DNA of 64,000 nucleotides from Marsupella aquatica. Lineage: Eukaryota > Plantae > Marchantiophyta. The translations under genes were made by a program, and so were the position numbers. Where the stretch lies: contig OZ316899.1 in NCBI GenBank assembly GCA_973895155.1, forward strand, positions 7,257,241-7,321,240. The letters are read 5' to 3'. The notes under the pieces are model-generated. The model was not told where the DNA came from, ran no database searches, and saw nothing but the letters and a program-made list of their open reading frames with translations. Below, piece by piece: positions 11,017 to 24,669 of this stretch (positions are counted from its first letter, which is position 1; each line of letters begins with the position of its first letter).

Positions 11017-14000
11017 TTGACATGGAGCTTGAAAACTGGTTCTGTGTACTTTCTGGTTACAAAAATTGACCCATCGCCGGAGAGAGTAGAAGCAGACATT
11101 GATGTTTGTGAAATCAAAACTGAGTCTCTTGATAAAGTTTCTCCAATTTATCGAGTGAGTGCGTGTGATATGATATTGAGGGTTAAAGGCTCCAGTGAGA
11201 TATCTCGCTTTGTCCATAAGTTCTTGGAGTCGAGAGAGGATGTCAAACATGTTTGTCTTCCCAAAGATTACAATGGGGACTCAATTTTTGAGCTTCCTCC
11301 AATTGATTCATCCACTAAAAGAGGATCTGGGCTCAGATACATGGATCGAGAGAATGATTGCTATCGTTGGACTAGAATTATTCCAACTTCTGCGAATGTC
11401 TTTCCAAAAGATTTGTATCAGTTCGCAAAAGTCTGATGCTCTGGGTCCATTGAATGTCAAAATGGGAAGTGTGCATTCTTAGATAAGGGCAAAGGAAGGA
11501 ATCGAGTGTCCTAGGCTGGAAGGGCAAAAGGAGACCGAGTCCACAAGACTGGTGAAGCAGTTTCTCCCGGAGGAATAGTGTGTTTTCATCGTGACCAACC
11601 GCCTATATGTGTGGAGACGTGTTCCGCCTTAATGTTTTACATGTACCCACTTTCCTCGGTGGATAAGGGAAATGTGAGATTCATGTCGAGGCTTGCAATG
11701 CATGTTGGATACCACGTCCACCCACCGAATAGTTTTGTTTCGAAGGAGGCCATGATTGCTACAGAGTCGGTCATCCGAGACCATCATTTAGTGAACCCCC
11801 TGGCCACACCAGCTCAACTAAAAATTGATGCAACGGAGTCATTGATGTCACACTTGGCTCCGGAGAGTGCCGTTGGGATTTTTGTTCAAGGACATTCAGG
11901 ATATTTGGAGCTCATTGAGTGCTCTTGCGTCCAAAGAGAAGTTCCAAGCCATCTTGCGGAACGTGAAAATGGAGAATCCCTTGAAAAGGGAGTTTGACTC
12001 GATTCAGGACATGCAAAGGAACATTCATTTTCCTTACATCTAGAGATTTCTCTTCCCCGATCAAGGCTCTATTACTGATCGAGCTCATGTTTTCAAGATG
12101 AGCGTCAAAGGTCCGGGTTCTGGATTGGATATTCTTCAAAGAATGAGAAAAGGGGGTTCTCTGGAAGGATCATGGGTTAGTTTTGATGTTATGCATTGGA
12201 TTACTATTGGTTGGCTGACATTTAGTGCGCACGTTTATGATCATAATATCCGTGCCCTCTGCACAATATTTACTTGTGAGCTGAAGTTTGAATGTTGTGA
12301 ATCATTGTCTACGGCTTGGAGGTTGATGGTAAGTGTTGCATCTGAAAATGGTTTGCACGACATTACCATCCATGGTTTCATGGCAGATAATGCCACCGCA
12401 GGGTGGAATGCGGTTTGGAATGTATTCTGGCAGGGTCTCCCTAATCCAAAAAAAGAAAGGTCTGATGCTTTTCATTTCTTCCAATCACTCCGGAGGCATA
12501 CCCGTGAAGGTATTTTGGAAAAAAATCACGATGAGCATTATGCTTTATGGGACCGTTTGAGGAATGCCTCCACGTACGTCGAAGCTTACAAAATTTCTTC
12601 GGAGATCAAGGAGTGGTGGCAATCCGAGAATTGTATTCCAGGGAAACTTTGCTATATGCAAGGATGGATTTCTTGGTGGGTCGTTTGATGGAGACAGTGG
12701 GGGAACTATATCAGGCTGGTATGGTCTTAATCCCAACTCAATTTTTCATGGTCTTCTCATCAAAATATTGCAAGCGACCTTCGCTAACATCGGTGGAATC
12801 CGTTACTTATGTTGATTTTGCTGATATGTTTTGTTTCAGTTAGCGGACGCTCTGGAGTCTGCAAGAATGCCAAATTGCACTGGTTTGGAATCTGTCCACG
12901 CTTCCATGCGTGCTTCCCAACCCAAAAAGAAAGTGACTCTAGTGGAGGCTTGCAAAGTTGACTCCAATCGTGCTGCCTTCCAAGTTGCTTGCTACATCGG
13001 ATTTGAGTCCGGTGTGAGTAGAGGTACAGGGCCTACAATTTTTGAGCTTGCATTTTGCCATGCAGATATGGTTGGTTTTGCTTCCGCTCATGAGAAAGCA
13101 ACCAATTATTTGATGGAAGCTAATGGGAAGTTTGATCTTCTACGGACTGGGCCATTAAATGGTGATTTGCAAACAAAATCAACAAAGAGGAAGGGAATTG
13201 CGAGTGACAAAATCTCTGACCAGGACTCTCATTGACATGACACGGTTCTTCTTACATCCCTTGCTAAGACTGCGTCAAGGAGACAAAATCTAAACTCTAC
13301 TGAGTTTAGTCCTAATTATAAAAGAGGGCCGCCAACATCAATGGATCTGCCCGAGGGAGCTTCGATACCAGAGGTTGTCAATTTGTCTGAGAGTGAATCG
13401 TTTGAGGTCCTTTGGACTCCGCCCAGACACGTTGCTACTCGTTCAACTCCTACTCCTTCCCCTACACCTATAGTCCCACCGCTCGTTGCCGAGTCAAGTG
13501 CTTCATTGACATGCCATGAAGTAAGAGTTCCCCAAGGGAGTTGGTATATAGGTAGAATGTCTTCCAAAGGGGTCGGCCCAAAGTGCTGTGGGTTTCTTGG
13601 TAGGTCTGCAACTCGAGAGGAATGTCAAAATTCTGTGAAAAAAGTATCATTTCCAGACCCAAGGGGCCGCGTGGCTATTGCGGTTTTTGCTGCACACAGG
13701 ATTTTTGGATCAAACGTACCTCGAGTTACTTGGTTCTGTCCAAATAATGTTTGTTTTAGAGGAAACCCACGACGTTCCATTGTTTCCTTACCACCAATTC
13801 CTGATGTTTTGCCTATTATGCTAGGGACCAGTCTTGCTAGTGAGGAAATTACGTTCCTCATTGAGAAAGGGCTTTCCTTGGATTTAGGCATGCAAACTAA
13901 TCCCTTTGGAAGAGAACATGTGACAAATGTCTCCCCATCGGTGAGTGCCCCTTCACCTCTGGAGTTACAAATTAATGTCAGTACATTTTGTGAGATGGTA

Positions 14001-14414
14001 AACTTGAATGACCCGTTGCATCAATTTTCAAGTCAAAATGGGAAGTCAAATCGCATGAGGGTCACTCTTTTGTCAGAGCATTTGAAACGCATCAAATCAT
14101 TAGAGGAGGAGCAGATGCAAGTATTGACAGAGAACATCATTGAGTTGGGAAATGGTTGGGGAAAACAATTGTTTGTTACAACACACGAGACAGATGGAAG
14201 GATACCAAAAAGATACTGGGTCCAAGTTTGCTATTTTCCATCATGCTCCTGTGACGATTTCTTCAATCGCCATACACGAGGTCTTTCATATGTTCCGTGC
14301 AAACATTTATATTGGGTTTTTCATTATCGCTTTAATGTTAGTGTTCGAGAAGAAATTTATGTCAGCCAACCAGCCCTTAGCTTGTCTGAGGTGAGGTATA
14401 TTTTGAAGATGTAG
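11017..14414 (+). pseudogene. Mutator-like (MULE) DDE transposase with C-terminal SWIM zinc finger; multiple stops and frameshifts
   Basis: FDVMH..GWLTFSAHVYD, GFMADNA.AGWNAV, DAFHFFQSL..HT and SWIM CSCDDF..PCKH. Phase-0 GT-AG intron at 12719-12839 joins WGNYIRL to LADALES. Confidence 0.8.
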
Positions 14415-14991
14415 GGAAAAGTTGTATTGCATGAAAATTTGATTTTCATGCCTAGCCAAGAATTATATCCGGCTTATTATGAAAGTTTTTTTATTGTCCA
14501 TGAGTAGTTAATGTGTAAAGTTTTTGGAGTGATCAATGTTGGGGTCTAATATTGTTGGCGATCTTCGCTAACAATAAGTCTTCCTACAAAACATACCAAA
14601 TATGAGAGTGTGCCCGGTAATTGATACACTAAATCATTCGACTAATAACAATAAAATTTTTCCTAACATCGTTAGTATACCCTAACAAGAAAATGGGTGG
14701 ATTTGTTTTTTGATTTTTTAAATAAATATATATATTTTTTGGTCGACAACCTTTTTTTGCTAGCGCCCGACGCTGGTAATAGTAGCGCCCAAAGCTAGCC
14801 AAAAATGTTGCATTGTTAATTCTTTTTGAAAATGACATTTTTTTGGAGACATATCTAAATTATCAATTTTCTTGGTAAGAGTAATTTTTTCCTAGTAATA
14901 GCATATTAAAAACAAGCAAAAAAATTCTTGTTTACCTGTTTCCTGTCTCCATTGCTATACCCAACCCTACGGCGGACCGCTACCTCTAACT

Positions 14992-15485
14992 TGTCAGGCT
15001 CAACCCCTCGAGTGGCTGACTAATCAAAACCGACAAAAACCCTTCTCCTTAGCTCAGAAAACCTCCAAAACTGACTAGCTACTCAACTAGTCACACTCTA
15101 GCTCACAAGAAACTTGGGCCTAGACCAACGAGACTTGATGCTCGAAGGCCCAAGACTCAAAGCTCAAAGCCAACACCAAATCCAAACTGAATCACCTCTT
15201 AGAATTTGAAACCTCTTCAAACAATCATCAGCAGCGAACAACCCCAATGAGCCGCAAGTTAAGCCTTAAGTAGCTTCCAAAATCACCTTTCTTGCCCCAG
15301 CCAACTGCCATCAGTGAGGCTCACCCAAACACCAAACCTGGCAATGATGAGTCACCAAACATGAAGCCTTATCTCATCCAAACAAGCAACTTGTCCAAGT
15401 CAGCATACCCGTGAGTGACCAGCAATGGCTCACCCATCAGCCACTGTAAAGGGACATTCCTTTGCAAAAATGTTTTGGTATGACA
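14992..15485 (-). repeat. 3' LTR of degenerate Gypsy element A
   Basis: TGTCA...TGACA inverted termini; purine tract ggggggagga directly upstream on the minus strand (15486-15495). Confidence 0.75.
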
Positions 15486-15587
15486 TCCTCCCCCAAAAAA
15501 TCTGAGCAGCCTCCAATCTGCTCCAATCCATCAGATTTCTTCTAAGTCAGAATCAGAACTTGAACCATGCGCTTGGACCACTTTCTC

Positions 15588-18167
15588 CTAAAGAAACTGA
15601 AAACCGAAGCCTTCAGACTCAGCCTTAGTCACTCCACTTTCAAGAAACTCAAAGTCTAACTCATCACAATCCGTATTGGTCACTTTCCCTTTGAAACTCA
15701 AGTCCGTTGGATGCACCTGGACTAGCGCCTCATCTTCAAATTCACTCAAGTCAGAACTTGAGTCCATCCCTTTCTTGGTCCTCCTCTTGAAGATCTTCAC
15801 TCTCTTCCCTGCGTAAGGTACTTGGTGAACGGTTCCATCCAGCTCTCAAATAGTATAGGTTGCATTTGAATGAATAGCGACCACCACATATGGACCTTGC
15901 CACCTTTGAGCAAACTTGTTTTGGCTCAAGTGTTGCTTGTCCAACTTGCTCTGGTGAATCAGAACCCAATCCCCTTCCCTTAACCAAGACAGGCCTCAAC
16001 TGATGAGTCTTGTCAAACCTAACCTTGTTCCTTAGCCTTGCCATCTTCAATTGCTTCCGAGCCACCTCAATCTTAGCAGGTAACAAATTGAAGTGTTCAA
16101 TCCTTTGGGACAACAACTCCTCTCTCAAAACTTTGTCGTTCCAACCAACCAGTCGCCAGCTACAAACATCTTCTTTGAGTGGCATCATTGGTAAGTGTCC
16201 AGTAAGTAGCTCAACCAGAATGTACTTGGTCACTAAGCTACAAGTCATCCGATCAGTTAACAGAGCAAGTGGAAGAAGGCTTGACTACCTGCCCAGATCC
16301 CCATCACAAGCCTTTGCCAAAGCACTCACAATCTGAATGTGCCCTCTTTCAGATTTCCCATTGCCTTCCGGATTGTAACTCAAAGTCAACTTCAGTTTGA
16401 TGCGGTATTGGTCAAAAAACTCTTGCGCTTCCTTGGAGCTGAGCTCCCCCCTATCAGCCCTGATCCTTGTAAAGCATCCATGCCTTGCAATAATGTCTTC
16501 AAGTATAAACTGACAAATAGCAGCGGTAGTATTTGGAGCCATTGCTCTCCCTTCCACATAAGAAGACAAGTCTTCTCTCGCCAAAACCAAGTATCTCGCC
16601 CCATTGCTCTCTCTTGGCATGTACACCACATCAATAGCCCATTGAAAGTGTAGCGCCACTGGGTAAGTCGGAACCAATCCATCTCTATGTCAGATCCTTG
16701 AGTAGAACTGGCAAATCTCACAGGTCTCCACATAGTCTTGAACAGCCAAGTATAAACCTGGCCACCAGTACAACTTCCTGATTCTCTCGTAAGTTGAATG
16801 CACCCATTTGTGTCCACCCATGTCAGCATCATGGCACTCTTTGAGAATTCAATCCTTCTCATCCTTGGTATCATAAACCCCTCATGAATTATTTTTTCTT
16901 TGTATATGTGTACTAGGTTATGAGGCATTACCCCCAAGTGAAGCCATGGAACCCCTGGGCCAGCCTGGCCTGGGGATTATGAAATTTGAATGAGAAGTAG
17001 GGTAAGTGCAACCTGCAGATAGTGACAGATCACACTTTTACTGTTTAAAACTGAACTGAATGTTGAGTAAAAATTCACTCAAGCTTTACGCTTGGTAACT
17101 CATCCCCACTTGGGGATAATGGATGTAACCCCCTCGGGCTCAGCGCCCTCTAGTATTACATACCATTACCCCCTCTTGGGGATGGGTTACCCTACACCAC
17201 AACCCTTTGCAACAACTGACCTGGGTCCTCCTACCTTTGCCACAAGTAGCCCTCTCTCAATAAGAACTTGTAAGATCTTTTTCGGATCTTGACAAACTCT
17301 TGGTAGCTCCACTCTGGTTGCTTCTCCAAAGTACTGATGTGTTGCCCAATATCCAACAACTCTCCCAAACAAAGTTCTTCCTTGAACTCTAGACTTCCAA
17401 CACCTTCGGTTCCGGTCACCTCGCCAACTCTTGTCGCTACCTCATTTCCAAACCTTGCTCTCAATAGCATGTCGGCAACCGGATTATCCTTTCCCGCAAT
17501 GTGACTTAGCTCAGGGTTAAACATCCAAATGAAAGCAATCCACCTGAGCATCGCTATGTCAGGTGTGTCATAGTTTGCTATCATTCCCAACAACAATTGG
17601 CAATCAGTCTCAACCACCACTGGTGCCCCAATCAAATAGTTCCTCTCCTGATTGAGTGCCACTTTGGCACCCCAAAGCATGCTTCCTTTGCCTTTCCGTA
17701 AAATGTTTTGCCCCAAACCTGATGGCAGACCTTTCACCATTCTTGTCATCTTGCCCAATAGCCCACCCAGCTGCAAATGGACTCGCATCAATAGTCATTA
17801 TCAATGGTCGCCCACTCTCATAGTCTGTAGCTTGGAGAACTGGCGGACTCATGAGGGCACTCTTTAGCTTGGCCATTGCTTTGCTATGCTCTAGTAACCA
17901 TCTCCACTTAACCTTCTTCCTTAATAGCTCATAGAGTGGGTCTGCCAGGTGCGAGAAGTGAGGGATCCAGATCTTATAGAAGACAAAAGCACTTAGAAAC
18001 CTTTGAACTTCCGGCACCAATTTGCAATCCTTCATTTCACTAATAGCTCTCACCTTGTCCATGTTCGACTTCCTTCCATAAGATCCGCACATCTGCCCGA
18101 CGACTTTCACCTCTTTCATCCCAAATTCAGACTTCTTCCCCAAAAGAGTGACTCCCACATCGATCAG
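15588..18167 (-). pseudogene. Gypsy element A pol remnant (RT C-terminus, RNase H, integrase)
   Basis: TIDASPFAAGW, ETDCQLL, HIAGKDNPVADML, WAIDVVYMP, RADRGE and YNPEGNGKSERGH across broken ORFs. Cut at 18168 by family X. Confidence 0.85.
16901..17196. mobile_element. Small TGTA..TACA insertion interrupting pol (solo-LTR-like)
   Basis: Non-coding block between the RNase H and integrase zinc-binding regions. No matching TSD found. Confidence 0.35.
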
Positions 18168-20109
18168 TGTGACGCCGCCAGCACGGCTAGTAATAAGGAA
18201 TCCGGCTTAACTTGTGCTAAGCACATACAAAGTGGACTTAGTAGTCCATAGTTATTAGCATAGCAACACAAAATCAGTTAGTCGTGATGGTTAGGACAAG
18301 TTTAGTCAATAAAGAGCATTCACGCTTGGGCTGGCAATGCACCGCCGGATTACGAGCATGTTATGGCCGTCTACCTTGGATCCATATAATTGATCCGAGA
18401 GGCGGCCCTTTGACACGCCCTGACAGACCTGAGGAGTGGTTGGTACACTTTAAGCATGAGGGACTCGGCCTATCAGAGGCAAGAGGGGCCGATCGGTTGA
18501 TGCCCCACAAGGGTATAAAAGGCGAGCCCTTCCCCACCTCTTAATCGTCAGTTCACTCCTCACACCAACTTTGTTACCAGCTCCTCCGTCTCCCTTAGCA
18601 ACCAAGCACACCTTGCCATATGACCGGCCCTATCCTGTCCAGCTCAGCTGTCCGGTTTTGGTATCAATTCCTTGCAATAGGAAGCCATCTTGCCACTTTT
18701 CTTGTTGATATCAATCCGCGGAGGTATGCCATTGAGAAGCATTTTGAACGCCGAGTCTGTTTGCTAGGCCGTTCCCATTGGATCTGTCATTTTGGACTCA
18801 ACTTTGAAAGCAACGACTGTAAGGACAAAGGGATCTCCAAGCTCTTCTTTGACAAAGATAAGTACATCGGCTTCGAGGAAGCCATCCTCCCCCTCCCTGA
18901 CAAGGTCTTCCAAATTCCAGGTACCATTGACCTACAACAACACCACTTCAACGAGATTTCTGCCAAAGCCCAGGCACTCGCCCAACCAAGACATACCACA
19001 ACCCAGGTGTATGGTTCAACCTCGGCTTCTATGGCACCCATCCTCCCCAAAAACAGCCAAACGCCGCCTTGGCCTCACTCAAGCCGCTCCCCACCACCGG
19101 TCGCACCGCCCGCTTGGGTACGATCCATGGTAAACACGGTGAACATAAGCTTGGAGGATGAAGAGGTTCATCCACCCTCGTCCGGAGACCACCAGGGACG
19201 CACCAACACGGGACAGGTAACACATCGCCATCCTCACAAGCCCAAACCCAAGAGGCGGTTTTGGTGGACAACACGGTGATGGTTGCAGCACCGGCACCAG
19301 TTCTAACGGTGGTAGCACTACCTCTGCTGGATAGGGAAGATGGGGAGATGTTCCCTTCTACGAGCCACCCCCGGGAACCAATCTCAAGGTAGGAAGAGGA
19401 AGGAGTTGGCTACAGTATCCAGCTTACCCATGGCCACCGTCGTAGTAGCCAAGTTGATCATGCATTGCATGGGGGAGAATGTCCACAAGAACATCCTCCA
19501 CCCAAAGCATGCGGCTTACCTGAAGACCCAAGGGTTTGAACACCTTGTCACCCTCCCTTGGAACACTTGCAAGTACTACGGGCAAGATATGATGGAGTTC
19601 ATCCAGAACTTTGACGAGGCCTGCCAACAAACCCGCGCGGATGGACGGGTAATGTCCCTGAACAAAGAGCGACTAAAGCTCATCTTCGGCCTACCCAAGG
19701 GACCAAATCGGGTGGAATCACGAGCCCCAAGGGGCAAAGGAGCAAAGTACCAATCATCTAGCTTCCCGACTGAGGGTTTGGTGGACAACAACTTTCTGAT
19801 CAGGACATGCCTCATCCCGGAGATTGCAGAGTGGCTGGTGTTTTAGCGTTACGCCATCCACATGATGGAGCCGCGGGGTGAGATATCCGCCGCCCAGGTG
19901 ATCCAAGTCAAGAACTACCGGCGAAGTGGGCTTCTTTCTTTGTCAAGAAGTTCCACGAGGAGATGGAACGACGAAGGAAGACCTTGTACCTTGGGGGAAA
20001 GGCCTACCTCGCAAGCCACATCAAGATCATCATCAAGTGGTACGCCCAGTTTGACCAACAAACCCTCCCAAGGTGAAATGAGCCCAAACTCACCCTGCCC
20101 AGGTGGGTC
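18168..20109 (+). mobile_element. Family X copy 1: 5' end (TGTGACG), TATA box and degenerate ORF
   Basis: Abrupt TG start inside Gypsy A RT; gggtataaaa at ~18512; ORF pieces 18620-20109 (HCMGENVHK..MEFIQNFD..IFGLP) homologous to 53764-54633. Cut by CACTA. Confidence 0.7.
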
Positions 20110-23100
20110 CACTAGAAGAAAACCTGTGTTTTACTACTACAGGCCCTGCAACTACTTTGCCTAAATAACTCATACGTGGTGCCAAACACTGTTTTTTTAA
20201 TGGGTTGTAATAATCTGCATTTTATTACTCTACTTAGAACTATGTTACCTTAATCACTGATTACAACTCTCCTTTTTGCCACTAAAACTTACATCACTTG
20301 AATTAGAGTTGTATATTACACAAATTTGCAAATCACTACAATCCACCGTCCACTACACCGTCGATGTTTACAACTCTATTTTCAACTAAGATTTTACCAC
20401 TGGCAGAAACCACTACAAATACAAATACCACCAATATTTGAATGGTAAAGGTGCTTTTTCAATAAACTCCCAATCAAGTGAATCATTTCCAAGTGATCTC
20501 AATTACTTGAAATAATGTCATTTGTGAACACACCTATTGTTACTATAAATATCACCAATAGTGGAGTCACAAATGAATTTTGTCAAAGTAACTTTAAAAT
20601 ATTTTAGTGACAAGGACATTTTTACAAACAACTTAAGATTGAGTGGATTATTTGTCACTGTCCAAAAGTCTTTAAATAAAGTCATTATTATCACATATTG
20701 TACAACTACAAATGTCACTCATATTAGAGTCCAATAAATATCATTTGATGCAACTTTAGACCAAGTGTCACATTCTCCATAGTCCAAAATCACTCTAAAG
20801 AATGTCATTCTCTTCATACATTTTATTAACTCCAAATGCCACTAAGAGTAGAGTGCCAATGCAGGGCCTTGCAAATGACTTGAAATGAAGTGGATCATCT
20901 TCCATTCTCAGAAATCACTATAAATAATGTCATTCTTTAAATACATTTTGCAACTACAAATGCCACCAGCATTAGAGTGTCAAAACAATTTTGACAATTG
21001 ACTAAAAATTGGGCAGATTATTTTGTGATGTCCAAAACCTCTCCCAATGATGTCATTATCAACAAACATTTTCAGTCAAGATATGCATGCCACCCGAATT
21101 ACAATGGCAAACGAATTATATTTTACAACTTGTACCCAAACCACTACAGAACAGGTGGTTATAGGGTTTTGGGCACCTGTCACTTGAAATACCACCGTGT
21201 TTTGAGTTGGGAAAATTATGTGTTTAAACTTGCCATGAATTGCATTTATATGTACCAGCCCAAACCACTTCACATAAGGTCGTTTCGAGCCCTCACCTTT
21301 TGGCAACTACAAATTACACCCGTATTTGAGTCATGCAACACACATTGGTGCGACCACTTGCTATGAACTAGTGCTAAAAGGAGTGAATTGTGTGGACGCA
21401 TCACATAAGCTCCATATTTGTAATTCCGTAGAGTCTTGGAGTGATTTGGGTGGAGTTCATGATGTTCCATAACTTGTGTGCCTCAAATCTCTTCACCTTG
21501 GCATTTTATCCGTCACAACCTCATTGTTGTTGCTATAACTAGTTGGCACACATGATGGGGGTGTCCCACGGCTTCACCATGGGGTGGCTAACACAGAGGA
21601 ATTGTGATGGCGGCGGGCCCAACCCTCCTCCTTTAATGATGGCCCTCTGAGAATTGTCACAAGGTGGATCCACTTCTCATTATCCATTGTAAGTTTGTCA
21701 CTCCCCAAATCACTAAAAACTCTGTTCTTCAAAACCCTCATTTCTAGCGACTAACATTATCACTCAAGCTGGGGTGGTAAATCACGCATCCCTCTAAACA
21801 ACTTCTCATAAAGTGGTAGTCCTAGGGTGAGTACGTATTGGTCCCAAACCATTACAAATGAGGTGGTTTTAGGGTTTAGGGCAAATGCAACTTAAGATAC
21901 CACCGTTATTTGAGTTGAGAAGTAAATTGGGTGTGAACACTTGCAGTCAAGTGCATTTGAGTGTACCAGCCCAATTGACTCAAAAAAAGGTCCTTTGAGG
22001 CCCTCGCCTTTTGGCGACTACAAATTGCACCCGTATTTGAGTCATGCAACACACTTTAGTGCAATCACTTGCCATGAACTAGTGCTAAAAGAAGTGAATT
22101 GTGTGGACGCATCACATAAGCTCCATCGTTGTAATTCCGTAGAATCTTGGAGTGATTTGTGTGGAGTTCATGATGTTCCATCACTTGTATGCCTCAAAGT
22201 TCTCCACCTTGGCATTTTATGCGTCCCAACCTCATTGTTGTTGTTATAACTAGTTGGCACACGTGATGGGGGTGTCCCACGGCTTCACCATGGGGTGGCT
22301 AACACGGAGGAATTGTGATGGCGGCGGGCCCAACCCTCCTCCTTTAATGATGGCCCTCCGAGAATTGTCGCAAGGTGGATCCACTTCTCATTATCCATTG
22401 TAAGCTTGTCACTCTCCAAATCACTAAAAACTCTGTTCTTCAAAGCCCTCATTTCTAGTGACTAACATTATCACTCAAGCTGGGGTGGTACATCACGCAT
22501 CCCTCTAAACAACTTCTCATAAAGTGGTAGTCCTAGGGTGAGTACGTATTGGTCCCAAACCATTACAAATGAGGTGGTTTTAGGGTTTAGGGCAAATGCA
22601 ACTTAAGATACCACCATTGTTTGAGTTGAGAAGCAAATTGGGTGTGAACACTTGCAATCAAGTGTATTTATATGTACCAGCCCAATTGACTCGAAAAAAG
22701 GTCCTTTGAGGCCCTCGCCTTTTGGCGACGACAAATTGCACCCGTATTTGAGTCATGCAACACACTTTAGTGCGACCACTTGCCATGAACTAGTGCTAAA
22801 AGGAGTGAATTGTGTGGACGCATCACATAAGCTCCATCTTTGTAATTCCGTAGAGTTTTGGAGTGATTTGGGTAAAGTTCTTGTGTGCCTCAAATATCTC
22901 CACCTTGCCATTTTATGCGTCACAACCTCATTGTCGTTGCTATAACTAGTTGGCACACATGATGGGGGCGTCCCACTGCTTCACCATGGGGGGGCTAACA
23001 TGGAGGAATTGTGATGGTGGCGGGTCCAACCCTCCTCCTTTCATGGTGGCCCTCCGAGAATTGCCGCAAGGTGGATCCACTTCTCATTATCCACTGTAAG

Positions 23101-23500
23101 TTTGTCACTCCCCAAATCACTAAAAACTCTGTTCTTCAAAGCCCTCATTTCTAGCGACTAACACTATCACTCAAGTTGGGGTGATACATCACGCATGCCT
23201 TTGAACAACTTATTGTGAAGTGGTAGTCCCAGGGTGATGGTTGTTCACAAACCACTGCAAATGAGGTGATTTTAGGGTTTAGGGCAAATGCAACTTAAGA
23301 TACCACCGTTATTTGAGTTGAGAAGTTAAATTGGATGTGAACACTTGCAATCAAGTGCATTTGAATGTACCAGCCCAATTGACTCGAAAAAAGGCCCTTT
23401 TGAGCCCTCACTTCTTGTGGATTGAAGGTGAATGACTTGCACTTCTGGACCTAGCTTCACTCCATGATTGACAAATTGAGCACTAGATTTAGATAGGATA
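20110..23500. mobile_element. CACTA (En/Spm) element end, non-coding
   Basis: CACTAGAAGAAAA terminus at exactly the point where homology to family X stops; many subterminal actacaa/cacta motifs. Right boundary uncertain. Confidence 0.7.
21130..23410. repeat. ~711-bp tandem repeat (~3.2 units)
   Basis: tgtaccagccc at ~21251, 21962, 22673 and 23366; units carry a (degenerate) ttttagggtttaggg. Confidence 0.92.
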
Positions 23501-24669
23501 TCTCTTTGCAAATCGAGCAGAATCTTTATTTTTAGTTGATTCAAATTTAGGTAGGCTATGTCTTTGCACAGAAAACATAAATCTTTGTTTTTACTTGATT
23601 CTAGGGAGTGCCCTCGTTTTCTCTTTTGTCATATTGAGTATAAACTTAAGAATCAATATAAAGTTCCTTGATTAATTTTTCTCTTTTGTTATTTAATGTA
23701 GGTTTAATTTGCACTCATTGTCTTTTTATTCCTTTACTCTTCATAATTTAATAGATTCTTTCCCCCTTTTCAATTTAAAAAGTCATTTAGTGAGGGTTTC
23801 CACTCGTTGCCCTTTCATTTGCTTACTATTCACTCTTTATTGAAATCATATTTTTCTATTTTTCAATAAAAAGTTGATGTTTTCATGTTTTCACTCTATC
23901 TCCATTTATTTATTTTTCTCTTTGGCTCAGTCCAAGAATAATTAAAATCAGATTCCTTTTTTGGGTGATTTTTTTTAATTGCGCAAAGTCAGATGGCAGG
24001 TCTAATTTGCAACATATATTCCAAAAGACCACATATGCAATATTGCGTAAACAATCCTAGTGGCCAGGTGAATATATATGTTAGAACCCTCTTCCCCCAA
24101 TATCATTTATTTAGGTCAAAACTCGCTAGCCAATGATATAATATATCCTTCTAGCATACAAAACCTCGGATCATTGACAAAAAACCGACTCGGGCCAAAT
24201 GGGGAAACGCAAGAGAGAAGAGGGGTATGTGGAGCGGCTTGCTCTTGCTCAGCTCGGAACCTTTCCTTGAGCGCATAGATTGAAGCTTGCACCGCAAGCT
24301 ATGGAAAGGTTGAGGGTTTTGTGGCTTGGCCCTCCAATAGTTGAGTTGTGAGAGGGCGAGAAGAAGACGAGAGCTCAAAGAGTTGGGATATACCAAGTCT
24401 TCTACGTGGTAACTGTCATTCAGCCTGTTGGCCGCGATAGTTTGTTCCTGGTTTTCCAGTTTTGTTGTGGTGCGTTATGCTCAATTCATGAAACGAGCAG
24501 TCAGCGGGCAGCGACAATGCAGAGCCGACAACCACTTTCATGAGTGCCGCAAGGTGGGTTTTCTTTGCTTTCCTCTTCTATTCTTGGCTGTCAGTCTATT
24601 CTTCACCCCATCTCTTAATGCATTTTTCCGCGCGTCTTCTGTCTTTGGAAGACCAAGTGTTTGGGCATT

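Noticed and set aside
21941-22945. Duplicated ~100-aa ORFs
   Set aside because: By-products of the tandem repeat; non-ATG starts and no motifs.
21846-23285. Interstitial telomere
   Set aside because: Only two TTTAGGG units per 711-bp repeat.
24050-24660. CACTA right TIR (ctagtg at ~24057) or an LTR starting tgttag at 24079
   Set aside because: No match to the expected TTTTCTTCTAGTG plus gtc TSD; no partner LTR or clear PBS.
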